NCBI GenBank assembly: GCA_965213925.1
Contig: OZ243927.1
Span: 3,264,001 to 3,328,000, forward strand
Origin: Trueperaceae bacterium
GTDB taxonomy: Bacteria > Deinococcota > Deinococci > Deinococcales > Trueperaceae
Reading direction: 5' to 3'
Length of the DNA stretch: 64,000 nucleotides
This document shows positions 9,664 to 19,546 of the stretch, piece after piece (the first letter of the stretch is position 1; each line of letters opens with the position of its first letter). A model generated the notes under the pieces. It was not told the DNA's origin. It ran no database searches and saw nothing but the letters and a program-made list of their open reading frames with translations. The position numbers and the translations under genes are program-made.

Positions 9664-10416
9664 CTAACTCTCCCTCTCCAAACTAAACGGGTCTCGGTTC
9701 ACCTCTTTGTAAAGCAGATAACTCGAGGGCTCTCGCCCCAACGCCCCAAACCACTGCGAGCAGTACGGACCCATCCAGATCACGTCGCCCTCCTGAATCG
9801 GATACCAGACCTCTTCCACCTTGTAGACGCCCCCGCCCGAAAGCATCAAGAGCCCGTGCTCCATGATGTGCGTCTCGACGAAAGGCAGTGGCGTGCCGGG
9901 CTGAAAGGTCATGACGTTTACGGCGAGGTCGAAGCTGGGGTGCTCGGGTAAGAACTTTTTGACGATGAGGTGCTCGTCACCTAGAAACGGCTCGCCTTGC
10001 ACATCGACTTCATGTCCAGTGACGACTTCGGGTAAGGGGGTTTCCTTTAGCTTCACGTAACGCCGCTCGAAGAGGTTGAGGCGTGCGCCGGACGATGTAG
10101 TGAGTGTGTGGTCTTGGTCGGGCGGCACGTAAGCGAAGCCGCCTTTGGAGAGCGCGACCTCTTTCGCCATCTGAAGCGTCACCTCGCCCTCGATAACGTA
10201 GATAAAGCGCTCCACACCGGGGAGTGGCGAGACGCCCTCGCCGCCTTCTTCCAATGTGACCAGTACCTGGACGAAAGCTGCGCCCATCTGCGGCGAGATG
10301 AGCGTAATGGCGCTCGCGAGCGTCCAACCCGGTAAGCCCGTTGGGACGTAGCCGTCGGGGGCGATGAAGGCGTGGTTGCGCCTAACGTTCGTACGAGTTG
10401 CGCCGAAAAAGGTCAT
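9664..10416 (-). CDS. allE: (S)-ureidoglycine aminohydrolase (bicupin)
   Basis: ETHIMEHGLLML, GDVIWMGPYCSQW, YLLYKEVNR; AGGAG RBS. Confidence 0.9.
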   Translation of the reverse strand: MTFFGATRTNVRRNHAFIAPDGYVPTGLPGWTLASAITLISPQMGAAFVQVLVTLEEGGEGVSPLPGVERFIYVIEGEVTLQMAKEVALSKGGFAYVPPDQDHTLTTSSGARLNLFERRYVKLKETPLPEVVTGHEVDVQGEPFLGDEHLIVKKFLPEHPSFDLAVNVMTFQPGTPLPFVETHIMEHGLLMLSGGGVYKVEEVWYPIQEGDVIWMGPYCSQWFGALGREPSSYLLYKEVNRDPFSLERES

Positions 10417-10429
10417 GAGATGCACTCCT

Positions 10430-11774
10430 TTATGGTTGAGTCGGATGGGGAGTCAGAAACTTGCCCTTTGTCCGCTCCAATTTACCATTCCAAACGAGCC
10501 TCTCGCCGCGCAAAAACGTTCCCCTAACGCGCCCACGCAAGGTCTGATTCACGTAAGGGCTTGCCTTGTGGCGGGTCAAGAGGTCGCTCGCTGTCAGGGT
10601 GGTCGTGCCGGGGAGGTCAACAAGGGAGAAGTCGGCGTCGTAGCCAGGCTTGAGCCGTCCCTTCCCCTTCAAGTTAAAACGCGCTGCCGGATTCGAAGCG
10701 GTCAACCGGGCAATCTGCTCGAGCGCTAACCCTTGCGTTTCATGTCCACTAAGGAGCACATTCAAACTGGACTGCACCCCCGCAATCCCGCCCCACACCT
10801 CGAAGAAGTCATCCTCCTCTTTCAGCTCAGGTGGTGAAGGAGAATGATCAGAAGCGATGAAGTCAACCTCTCCCGTTAGAACGGCACGCCACAAGGCTCC
10901 GCGCTCCGCGCCATTTCGAAGAGGCGGCGCACACTTCAAGAGCGCGCCAAAGCGCTCCACGTCTTCATCCGTGAAGTAGAGGTAGTGCGGACACGTCTCA
11001 CAGGTGACGCGCACGCCGCGCTTTTTTGCCTCGGTAACGAGAGAGACGCCTCTCGCCGTGCTGACGTGGACGATGTGGAGGTCTGCGCCGGTCTCTTCAG
11101 CGAAGAGCAGGGCGCGGCTGATAGCTTCAAGTTCCGCGATGACGGGTCTCGAGTCCAGATAATCTCGCACGCCTTGTTGACCTCTTGAAGTCGCCTCGAA
11201 ACGCAACGTCTTCGTCAGCGCCTCGCTCTCCGCGTGAACGGCGACGGGCAAGCCCAACTTAGCCGCGCGCTCCATGCCCCGGTAGAGCGTGAGGTCGTCC
11301 GCCGCTAAGAAGTCGTCCATTCCGCTGTCCGACATAAAAGCCTTGAAGCCGACCACGCCGCATTCGGCGAGTTCATCTAAGCAGTCCAAGTTCTCAGGTG
11401 TCAGCCCGCCCCACAGAGCGAAATCCGTGAGCGACGTGGCTTCGGCGGCGGTTTTTTTTCTCGAGAAAATTCGTTCTGTCTAGCGTCGGCGTCGAATTGA
11501 GCGGCATGTCGATAAACGCCGTGCCGCCGCCCGCCGCGAGCGCGGCGCTGCCTGTCGCGACGCCTTCCCAGTGCGTACGCCCCGGCTCGTTAAAGTGAAC
11601 GTGCGCGTCGATGAGTCCAGGAAAAATATGGAGCCCGCTCGCGTCTAGCGTCTCCCCTGCCCCGTCCAAAATTTCTGGAGCAATTTGGACGATTTGCCCA
11701 CCCTCGACGAAGAGGTCAGCCCGTTCTACACCTCCAGGTGTGACGAGCGTTCCGCCGCGGACAACGAGCGACAT
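10430..11774 (-). pseudogene. allB: Allantoinase, frameshifted at an A8 run (11452-11459)
   Basis: N part IDAHVHFNEPGRTHWEG..DMPLNS; C part GFKAFMS, HAE, ETCPHYL, KCAPPLR, SDHSP; removing one A gives EKKTAAEATSLTDFALWGG. Confidence 0.88.
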
Positions 11775-12127
11775 CAGCTCCCCCGGTACGTGCTGTAACT
11801 CCAGGGCGACACGAGCAGCGGCACGTGGTAGTTCTGCGTCTTATCGGCAACGCCGAAGCGGACGGGCACGGTATCTAAAAACTTGGGGTTGGGCAAGTCT
11901 AGCCCGGCGAAGTAGTCGCCCACGTGAAACACGAGTTCGAACACGCCGACCTCTAAGTCGTCAGTCAGCAGCGGCGCGTCGGTGCGGCCGTCCTCGTTGG
12001 TCGTGAAGCTCGCCAAGTGCTGGCGCGAGTCGCTCATGACAAAGAAGAGGTCGATTCGGATGCCTGCGGCGGGTTTTCCGTTCGCCGTATCTAAAACGTG
12101 CGTGCTGAGGCGTCCCACCTGACTCAT
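11774..12127 (-). CDS. uraH: 5-hydroxyisourate hydrolase
   Basis: LSTHVLDT...[18 protein letters not shown]. Confidence 0.96.
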   Translation of the reverse strand: MSQVGRLSTHVLDTANGKPAAGIRIDLFFVMSDSRQHLASFTTNEDGRTDAPLLTDDLEVGVFELVFHVGDYFAGLDLPNPKFLDTVPVRFGVADKTQNYHVPLLVSPWSYSTYRGS

Positions 12128-12663
12128 ACCCAGCCCTCGCGCTTGCGTAACGAGGTGATGTGCGCTAAATGATGCTCGCCGTGCCAGGCGTAGTTGGCTA
12201 AACTCTGCGCTAAGTTGAGGGTCTGACCGGAAGCGGGATGCGTAAAGGTGCGCTGCCAGTCACGTTCTGAAAGCGAGTGAAGCAAGATGACCCAGCGCCT
12301 ATGCAGCGCATCCAAGAGCGCTAGCGAGACCTCTACGGGCGCGTGACTATCCCCCAACTCCGCCCAGCCCGCCTCGTCGTAGGGGCGAATCGTCGGGTTC
12401 TCCTCCGTCAAGGCGAGCTTGAAGCGCGTGTAGCTGTTGAGGTGACTGTCGGGCAGGTGATGGACGACCTGGCGCACGGTCCAACCACCGGGGCGGTACG
12501 GCGTGTCAAGCTGCGCGTCGGAGAGTCCGCGAAGCGCCTCTTGTAACTTCTGAGGCAACTGCGCGACCTCTTGTAGCCACGCCCCCTTCTGCGCGACTGT
12601 TACCTCATCTGGCGGGGTAAATTCGCCGATAGGATAGCGCAAATCCACTGCGGTTTCAGTCAT
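12124..12663 (-). CDS. bstA: YfiT/BstA-family (DinB superfamily) bacillithiol transferase-like metal-dependent protein
   Basis: [38 protein letters not shown]. Confidence 0.88.
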   Translation of the reverse strand: MTETAVDLRYPIGEFTPPDEVTVAQKGAWLQEVAQLPQKLQEALRGLSDAQLDTPYRPGGWTVRQVVHHLPDSHLNSYTRFKLALTEENPTIRPYDEAGWAELGDSHAPVEVSLALLDALHRRWVILLHSLSERDWQRTFTHPASGQTLNLAQSLANYAWHGEHHLAHITSLRKREGWV

Positions 12664-13603
12664 CGGCGTCTCGCGTCATGGTCAGACCGATGTGACCGTA
12701 GGGCGGCCGCGGGTCCGTATGCACCTTGATACTCTCATCCGCTTCCGAGGCGTAGCCCTTGTCCCACAGCCTATTTTGCGCCTCGAAGGAGACCTCGGCG
12801 AGTTGGGGGAACCGCGCGAGGACCCGCTTGCCCATCTCGTACACGAGGTGTTGGATGGACTTGCTGTTGAATTCGTGAAAGACCGTCGCGGCGACGTCGC
12901 GCACCTGTTCGGCGGGGACGTAGTACGAGTCGTCTGAGACCGCGTGCGCCGCGTCCGCGTAACGCCAGAAGATATCCAAATAGATAAAGAGCGGGCGGTC
13001 GACCATCTCAGGCAACGTCGTGTGCTCGTCGCGCACGAAGTTGGCGAACGAGCTGCCCGTCACCTTGACGAGCTGCAACCCTATGCGCCCGCAGCGGTGC
13101 GCGAGCACGCTGACACCTGCGGGGGTCCGCTCGAGCGCCAGTTGCGCCGCGGCGCGGTCGCCTTGCGAGCGGTGAAAGAGCACCTCGCTCGGCGCGCCGT
13201 TCGCGTGCGCCGCCGTAAAGGGCTGCTCCTCGCCCGAAACGTTAAGCGCCTCCATCTCGGGGTAGCGCTCTAGAAACTGCCGTCCTAAAAACATCAGGTA
13301 GCCCTCTAGGGTCGCGCCGCCGAACTCGAGCGCCTGCTTCAAGATAAAGTTCTTCATGCTATCGGTAGCGACCACGTTGCTGTTGTCGCCTTCGGTATAA
13401 GCGGGTACGAAGTTGTGCCCTAAGACCTGCACGTCGACCTGTACAGCGAAAAGCGTGTTGGCGCGTCCCGTGAAAGACGATTCCGGAATAGGACTGACCT
13501 GTAGCGGAGGGGCGTTAAAGCGGTACACCGTGACCTCGGCTTTGCCGTAGTCTATGGCGGTGATGGTGGGGCTACGCATCTTCGCAGTGGTGGAATCGCT
13601 CAT
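12656..13603 (-). CDS. pucL: Cofactor-independent urate oxidase (uricase)
   Basis: [52 protein letters not shown]. Confidence 0.95.
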   Translation of the reverse strand: MSDSTTAKMRSPTITAIDYGKAEVTVYRFNAPPLQVSPIPESSFTGRANTLFAVQVDVQVLGHNFVPAYTEGDNSNVVATDSMKNFILKQALEFGGATLEGYLMFLGRQFLERYPEMEALNVSGEEQPFTAAHANGAPSEVLFHRSQGDRAAAQLALERTPAGVSVLAHRCGRIGLQLVKVTGSSFANFVRDEHTTLPEMVDRPLFIYLDIFWRYADAAHAVSDDSYYVPAEQVRDVAATVFHEFNSKSIQHLVYEMGKRVLARFPQLAEVSFEAQNRLWDKGYASEADESIKVHTDPRPPYGHIGLTMTRDADD

Positions 13604-13706
13604 GGTCCTCCTAAGCTCGAGGGGAGTTTCTTATCGGTATCGGTGACGGGTTTCGTCTTTGCAAGTTGCAGTTAGGTTTCAGTTGGCAAGTTTCAGGCAG
13701 CTGGGT

Positions 13707-14210
13707 CTAACCTACAAGCGCGTCTAACCTAAAGCGGGCGATACGGGCGATTTCGGCTAGCGCGCGTTTTTGCTCGGTCTCGAGGTCGTTGGAGAGCCGC
13801 GCCTCAAACGCGCTTAGAATGCTCTCTTTGGTATGTCCTTTGACGGCGATGATGAAGGGGAAGCCGAACGTCTCTTTGTAAGCCGTGTTGAGCGCGTGAA
13901 AGCGTCTATACTCCTCCTCGCTCAGCCGGTCTAAGCTTGCGCCCGCCTGCTCCTCTTTAGAATTAGCGGTCAGCTCCCCAGCAAGCGCCGCCTTGCCCGC
14001 CAGGTCGGGGTGGGCGCGGATTAGCGCCACCTTCCTCTTTTCGCCTGCCCGCTTCACTACGCCGACCATCGCGCTGTGAAGGTCGGCTAAAGAGGCAAAA
14101 GGACGCTGCGCCGCGACCTCTTGGGCGACCCAGGGTGAATGCTCAAAAATACCGCCTAAGACGTTGACGAAGTCCGCCTCGTTCATCTGGTTGAGTTCGG
14201 CGAGTGTCAC
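13707..14210 (-). CDS. uraD: OHCU decarboxylase
   Basis: FEHSPWVA, AHPDLAG, SKEEQ, FGFPFIIAV, IARIARFRL; start codon uncertain. Confidence 0.93.
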   Translation of the reverse strand: MTLAELNQMNEADFVNVLGGIFEHSPWVAQEVAAQRPFASLADLHSAMVGVVKRAGEKRKVALIRAHPDLAGKAALAGELTANSKEEQAGASLDRLSEEEYRRFHALNTAYKETFGFPFIIAVKGHTKESILSAFEARLSNDLETEQKRALAEIARIARFRLDALVG

Positions 14211-14396
14211 CGAGCGCCGCAATCTGAGCACGAAGTTTGACGGTAAGGAGGAGGCGAGTACGGCATCGCGGGGCATTGTATCACTCCCCTAAGAAGCGAG
14301 TCTCGTCTGTATGCCCACAAACGAATAATTTCACAATTCCTCTGCTCGTGAAAAATTTAGTTCGCGTGCTGTAGACCATGTTCGGGTTTACCAGCA

Positions 14397-14435
14397 CAAA
14401 AGAGGCTCCACGTAGGAGCCTCTTCTCTTTTTTCT
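14397..14435. terminator. Intrinsic terminator, possibly bidirectional
   Basis: AGAGGCTCC-ACGTA-GGAGCCTCT stem flanked by A/T runs. Confidence 0.75.
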
Positions 14436-14446
14436 GGTGAGTAGCG

Positions 14447-14605
14447 TCAGCCCTCGTCCAAAATAAGCGGCACCGAAAGCAGCACGCCGCCCAGGATGAT
14501 GAAGGGTAAGGGCGCGGTTGCGATTGAACCCGTCACGCCTAAAAGCGCGATAATACCGGAAAGAAGGGCGATAACAACGAGCACGAGCCGGATATTGGTA
14601 TTCAC
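14447..14605 (-). CDS. 52-aa small membrane protein (below ORF-track cutoff)
   Basis: GGAGG RBS, GTG start, MNTNIRLVLVVIALLSGIIALLGVTGSIATAPLPFIILGGVLLSVPLILDEG, followed by terminator. Confidence 0.7.
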   Translation of the reverse strand: MNTNIRLVLVVIALLSGIIALLGVTGSIATAPLPFIILGGVLLSVPLILDEG

Positions 14606-14942
14606 TGGTAGCCTCCATAAAACGTCTTGAACTACTTACACGCTCATATTGCTGTGACTTTGTTTTACCATAATACAGCAGGCCTAGCGGGCTAGTGGGA
14701 ACGGAGTGACGGGTTGCGACTTCGTCCACGGTGCATGAGACGCGTGAGCCAATGCGAAGCAGCGCCTACAGCGGATGAAGCTTAGTCATAGTACAAGATG
14801 ATACTCGCACGCTTCGACCTTAGTGGACATAAGGACCGCTGCAATTGCAATCTCGAGCGAGAAGAGCGTTGCGGCGTTTGCAGCACGCCGCGTAGAGAAA
14901 TCGCGAGGAGGGTCCGCTGACGGTTCATCATGAGGAGAGACA

Positions 14943-17168
14943 ATGTCAGAGTTATCTAAAGAAGCGAAAACCCAGATTGATCCAGACGTAAACACATCTG
15001 TTGAGGTCGCGCAGGCCGCACAAAAGGAGCGCGCGGCGGGCGCGACGCCGCCCAAAGCCACCGCGCCTAACGATGTGCCCCCTGACGTCCCGTTGGATAA
15101 CCCCTCGCTCTACTTCAACCGCGAACTGAGTGAAATCGACTTTCACTGGCGCGTGTTCTACCAGGCGAAGGACGAGCGCTTACCTCTCCTGGAGCGCGTG
15201 CGCTTTTTGTCGATCACCGCGAGCAACATGGACGAGTTTTTTCAGAAGCGTGTAGGCGGTTTGAAGCGGCAAGAGGTCGCGGGCGTACGTAAGCTCTCCC
15301 CGGACGGGCGCACGCCCGCCGAGCAGCTGGAGCTTATCCGCCCAGCCGCTAGGGTGATGTACGAGGAGATGGCGGCGCTGTGGGAGGCGCTGAAAGCTGA
15401 GCTAATCGAGCAAGCGGGGTTTGAAGTAACCTCCTATAGCGCGCTTTCAGACGAGGACAAGGAAAAAGCAGGAGCCGACTTTCAGAGCAGCGTCTACCCC
15501 ATCCTCACGCCGCTCGCCGTGGACCCCGGACGCCCCTTCCCCTTCATCTCCAACTTGAGCCTGTCTTTGGCGGTGAGGCTGCGCCATCCTGAGCGAGACA
15601 CCCATAGCTTTAACAACACGCATTTCGCCCGCATCAAGGTGCCGCTAAGCCGAGGGCGGTGGTACGAGGTCGGGGCGGACCGCGTGATTCCGTTGGAGCA
15701 CCTTATCGCGCATCACGTTCAAGACCTCTTCGCCGGGATGGACGTGTTGGAGGTTCACGCCTTTCGGGTCACGCGCAACGCCGACTTGCGCCGCGACGAG
15801 GAGGAGGCGGACGACCTCTTGGCGATGATCTCCGAGGAGTTGCGGGAGCGGCGCTTTGCGCCCGTGGTGAGGCTCGAGGTCGAAACCACCATGCCCGAGC
15901 CCTTGCGGACGTATCTGCTGGAGAAGTTGGAACTAGACGAGTCGGACCTCTATCCCGCGCCGCTCCTCTCCCTCGCCGACCTCTCCGAATTCGCCGACTT
16001 GCCGCGCGAAGGCCTGCAGTATCCGAGCTGGAAGCCCGTGACGCCCCCGCGTCTAGCGGAGGACGGCGAACGGGAGACGGACGACATCTTCGCTACCCTG
16101 AGGCGCGGCGATGTACTCGTCCATCACCCTTACGAGCGCTTTCGCACGTCGGTCTTGCGCCTCGTCGAAGAGGCGGCCCAAGACGAGCGCGTCGTCGCGG
16201 TTAAACAGACCCTGTACCGCACCTCGGACGACTCGCCCACCGTCGCGGCGCTCGTGCGGGCGGCGGAGAGGGGCAAACAAGTCGCCGTACTGGTCGAGGT
16301 CAAAGCGCGCTTCGACGAGGCGAACAACATCGAGTGGGGGCAGATGTTGGAGAACTCGGGCGTTCACGTAGCGTACGGGCTCGTCGGGCTCAAAACGCAC
16401 GCCAAAGCGACGCTCGTCATCCGCGAAGAGGACGAGGGTGTGCGGACGTACGTGCATATCGGCACGGGCAACTACCACATCAAGACGGCTCGCCTCTACA
16501 CCGACTTAGGGCTGCTCAGCGCTGACCCCACGCTCGGCGCGGACGTGACGCGCCTCTTTCACTACCTCACAGGCTACGCGCCCGAGCAGCGCTACGACGC
16601 CCTGCTGGTCGCGCCGCGCGACATGCGCAAGAGGTTTTTGAGGCTTATCGAAGGCGAAATCGAGCAGCACAAGGCGGACGGCAGCGGACGCATCATCGCA
16701 AAGATGAACGGTCTGGACGATACCGAGATCATCAGAGCCCTCTACCGCGCTTCGCAAGCGGGCGTGCAAATCGACCTCATCGTGCGCGGGCTCTGCCGCT
16801 TGCGTCCAGGGCTGCCCGGTATCAGTGAAACCATCCGGGTCATGAGCATTCTCGGGCGTTTTTTAGAGCATGACCGCGTGTACTATTTTCATAACGGCGG
16901 TGCGCCGCACCTCTATCTGGGCAGCGCGGACTGGCGGCGGCGCAACCTCTCGGACCGCGTCGAAGCGGTTGCACCCGTAGAGGACGCGGCGCTGCAGCGG
17001 CGGCTCATCGAAACTTTAGAGGCAGCTTTGGAGGACAACCGTTTGGCTTGGGACCTGCGCGCGGACGGACAGTACGCGCAGCGCAACCCTGCGGCAGGCG
17101 AAGAGGTCAGGAACTACCACGACACGCTCATAATGAGGGCTTTGGACGATGCGCAGGTCAAGGAGTGA
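14943..17168 (+). CDS. ppk1: Polyphosphate kinase 1
   Basis: YFNRELS, HHPY, KQTLYRT, KARFDE, KTHAK, GRFLEH, SADW. Confidence 0.97.
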   Translation: MSELSKEAKTQIDPDVNTSVEVAQAAQKERAAGATPPKATAPNDVPPDVPLDNPSLYFNRELSEIDFHWRVFYQAKDERLPLLERVRFLSITASNMDEFFQKRVGGLKRQEVAGVRKLSPDGRTPAEQLELIRPAARVMYEEMAALWEALKAELIEQAGFEVTSYSALSDEDKEKAGADFQSSVYPILTPLAVDPGRPFPFISNLSLSLAVRLRHPERDTHSFNNTHFARIKVPLSRGRWYEVGADRVIPLEHLIAHHVQDLFAGMDVLEVHAFRVTRNADLRRDEEEADDLLAMISEELRERRFAPVVRLEVETTMPEPLRTYLLEKLELDESDLYPAPLLSLADLSEFADLPREGLQYPSWKPVTPPRLAEDGERETDDIFATLRRGDVLVHHPYERFRTSVLRLVEEAAQDERVVAVKQTLYRTSDDSPTVAALVRAAERGKQVAVLVEVKARFDEANNIEWGQMLENSGVHVAYGLVGLKTHAKATLVIREEDEGVRTYVHIGTGNYHIKTARLYTDLGLLSADPTLGADVTRLFHYLTGYAPEQRYDALLVAPRDMRKRFLRLIEGEIEQHKADGSGRIIAKMNGLDDTEIIRALYRASQAGVQIDLIVRGLCRLRPGLPGISETIRVMSILGRFLEHDRVYYFHNGGAPHLYLGSADWRRRNLSDRVEAVAPVEDAALQRRLIETLEAALEDNRLAWDLRADGQYAQRNPAAGEEVRNYHDTLIMRALDDAQVKE

Positions 17169-17280
17169 GGGAGGCTATAGATAAAGGCTTTTCGGTGGAC
17201 GTTTCAAATCAAAGCAGACCTCTTTGATGAAGTCATGTTCATAGAGGATTACGCTGCTTGTCCCCTATGCCCTCTTCAAG

Positions 17281-17385
17281 TCCGCCAGAGAAGACGCCAT
17301 CTTGCAGCCGCAAAGAGGCTGCACAAAGGCAATCTCTCTAGCGAACCGCTGACGCCCCCCGGCGGATGTGGGGTTGACCCACACG
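17281..17385 (-). ncRNA. Candidate structured ncRNA, copy B (unknown family)
   Basis: Homologous to 19547-19655 with compensatory changes; TTGCTG-17-TACACT promoter immediately upstream. Confidence 0.6.
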
Positions 17386-17437
17386 CCTAGTGTACGCTAC
17401 AAACCCCTTCTCAGCAAACGTAACGCGTAGGGAACGC

Positions 17438-17776
17438 ATGGAGCAGCATACTTTTCCTATGAGAACCTATACCTTGGAGGAGATCGAGAGCGAACTCCTC
17501 TTCGACATGTTCATCGCCCAAGAGACCATCTCCGAGCGGTTTGGCCGCGACGCCCAGAGGGACGGGTGGCGCTACACCGTCTACTCGACCAAGCAGCCGG
17601 GCGAACTCGCGGTTCACGCGCGGCGCGGCGGGCGCACCCGCTTCCGCGTCCTCAAAGCGCCCTTTCTCTCCGAGTACTTAGGCGAGGCGCAAGGCACGCC
17701 GCTAACGGGACAGAAGGCGCTCGAGGTGGTGACGAAAATCGAGGCGCGCTTGGGCAGCACTTTTCCTTGGGTATAA
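17438..17776 (+). CDS. Hypothetical protein
   Basis: ORF with host-like codon usage, divergent from ncRNA copy B; start uncertain. Confidence 0.7.
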   Translation: MEQHTFPMRTYTLEEIESELLFDMFIAQETISERFGRDAQRDGWRYTVYSTKQPGELAVHARRGGRTRFRVLKAPFLSEYLGEAQGTPLTGQKALEVVTKIEARLGSTFPWV

Positions 17777-17860
17777 ATAGCAGTTCTACTTGTCGTTGCT
17801 TGGACGAAGTCATGCGAAGCAACGCTTCTCCGCAGATTTCACGGCTTTGCCGTAACGGAA

Positions 17861-17928
17861 CTTCATCCCTGAAAGTGCGTGCTAGACGTTAATCTTTCCA
17901 GTGAGAGTGTAGCTGACCAGACGACCTG
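17861..17928 (-). repeat. ~73-bp MITE-like repeat family 2, copy
   Basis: Reverse complement shares CTGGTCAGCTACACTCT..CTG..TCTAGCACGCAC with 38371-38443 and 33590-33665. Confidence 0.75.
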
Positions 17929-18176
17929 TTCCCGGAGGGAAACTTCGTAAGCCCGGCGTCAGCGGGTGTACCTGCTAAAAAAGCAGAGCAACCCTCCGCT
18001 CTGGACATGCCCCACGCCCTCCGTCCACCGGGGAGGTCGGTCTAAAGAGGTGAGTGCCGAATCGCAGATTGCTGCTCCGCCTTTCCTAAGTTAGTCTGAA
18101 ACAGCTCAGCGTTCTGTCAATTGGTTGACCGCAGCGGAGACACACGAATCGGTTGAGTCACGTAGAGAAGAGAGAA

Positions 18177-18300
18177 GGGTAGTGGCTTTCTCTGGGATGC
18201 TCACTGAATATGAACAAGGGGTTGCAACCCCTTGTTTGCAGAAGTCGGATTCCGTTCACGAGGCGCGTGACCTTGGCTCACTACCAAGAGAAGGAACGCG
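18177..18300. mobile_element. ~125-bp REP-centred MITE-like element
   Basis: Highly similar inverted copy at 60668-60805; GGTAGTG...CACTACC inverted ends; central 24-bp palindrome. Confidence 0.75.
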
Positions 18301-18399
18301 CTCACACGCCTTCTCACTATCTTCTTTGACCTGAGCGACGTCTCGTGCAACTCGCAGCGTCGCACCTTCCGAATACAGCCGTTCTGATAGCATCACCTC

Positions 18400-18750
18400 A
18401 TGATACTCGGACTACTCACGCTCTTAGGCTATCAACTCATCGGTGAAGTGATGGTGCGGCTGCTGAACTTGCCCGTGCCGGGCCCGGTCCTCGGGATGCT
18501 CCTCTTGTTCGCGACGCTGCTGCTGCGCGGCGGCGCGTTTGCGGGGCTTGGAGAGGTCTCGAGCGGTCTCTTAGCGCACCTCGCGCTGCTCTTCGTGCCT
18601 GCAGGCGTGGGCGTGGTGCGCTACTTGCCGCTTCTGCGGAGCGAAGGCCTCGCGCTGAGCGCAGTCCTTATCATCAGCACGCTGCTTACACTCGCGGTGA
18701 CGGGCGGGATTTTCTATCTCATGCTCAGGTTGGGGTGGGCGCGTGATTGA
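18400..18750 (+). CDS. cidA: CidA/LrgA family holin-like membrane protein
   Basis: LPVPGPVLGMLLLF, LALLFVPAGVGV. Confidence 0.92.
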   Translation: MILGLLTLLGYQLIGEVMVRLLNLPVPGPVLGMLLLFATLLLRGGAFAGLGEVSSGLLAHLALLFVPAGVGVVRYLPLLRSEGLALSAVLIISTLLTLAVTGGIFYLMLRLGWARD

Positions 18751-19456
18751 GGACATCTGGGTCTATCTCGCGCAGACGCCCCTCTTGTGGCTCACCGTGA
18801 CGCTGCTCGTCTACAGCGGGGCGCAGTGGCTCTTCACGAAGAGCGGGTCGCTGCCACTGGTCAATCCGGTGCTCTTGTCGATCACAGCGCTCGTCGCGAT
18901 GCTGCTCGTTACAGGAACGCCCTACGACACCTACTTCGAGGGGGCGCAGTTCGTCCACTTCCTTTTGGGACCGGCGACCGTGGCACTCGCTCTTCCGCTC
19001 TACAACCAGATTGGGAAGGTTCGCTCGAGGCTCCTGCCCCTAAGCGTCGCCCTCATCGCGGGCTCAGCGACGGGCATCCTCGCGCCTACGCTGCTCGCGC
19101 GGGCATTCTCTTTAGGCGAGCGCACCGTCCTCTCGCTCGCGCCGAAAAGCGTCACGACGCCCATCGCGATGGGCGTCGCTGAGAAGATCGGCGGCGCGCC
19201 TCCACTCACGGCTGTGCTCGTCATCCTGACAGGCATCGTCGGGGCGAGCATCGGGGTCGAGGTGCTGCGGCTGCTGCGGCTGGAAGGTGGCGCGGTGCAG
19301 GGCTTCGCGATCGGCACGGCGTCGCACGGCATCGGCACGGCGCGCGCGCTTCAAGTGAGCGAAGAGGCGGGCGCATTTTCGGGGTTAGCGATGGGGCTTA
19401 ACGGCGCGTTGACCGCGCTGCTCGTTCCCCTTCTTATACGGTTGTTGGGGTTGTAG
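18743..19456 (+). CDS. lrgB: LrgB/CidB family membrane protein
   Basis: LGPATVALALPLY, PKSVTTPIA, SHGIGTARA. Confidence 0.95.
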   Translation: MIEDIWVYLAQTPLLWLTVTLLVYSGAQWLFTKSGSLPLVNPVLLSITALVAMLLVTGTPYDTYFEGAQFVHFLLGPATVALALPLYNQIGKVRSRLLPLSVALIAGSATGILAPTLLARAFSLGERTVLSLAPKSVTTPIAMGVAEKIGGAPPLTAVLVILTGIVGASIGVEVLRLLRLEGGAVQGFAIGTASHGIGTARALQVSEEAGAFSGLAMGLNGALTALLVPLLIRLLGL

Positions 19457-19546
19457 ACTGGGTGTCTGAGCGAAACCTCCGGTTTCTCTTTACGGAACGC
19501 CCACACCAATGCCCATACCATAGAACCTTCCCGCTACCTCTCTGAA

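Noticed and set aside
15659..16769. Many alternate-frame and antisense ORFs in the track (here and throughout)
   Set aside because: Shadow ORFs expected in GC-rich coding DNA overlapping well-supported genes
17281..17350. Glycine riboswitch-like words (GAGA..GCAATCTCTC) on the plus strand
   Set aside because: Lacks the CCGAAG and CTCAGG cores; G-U pattern and promoter favour the minus strand
17931..17960. CGGAGGGA..AAGCCCGG resembling the 3' end of a guanidine-I (ykkC) riboswitch
   Set aside because: Upstream CTAGGGTTCC and GGTCCGAG elements are absent and no adjacent downstream gene
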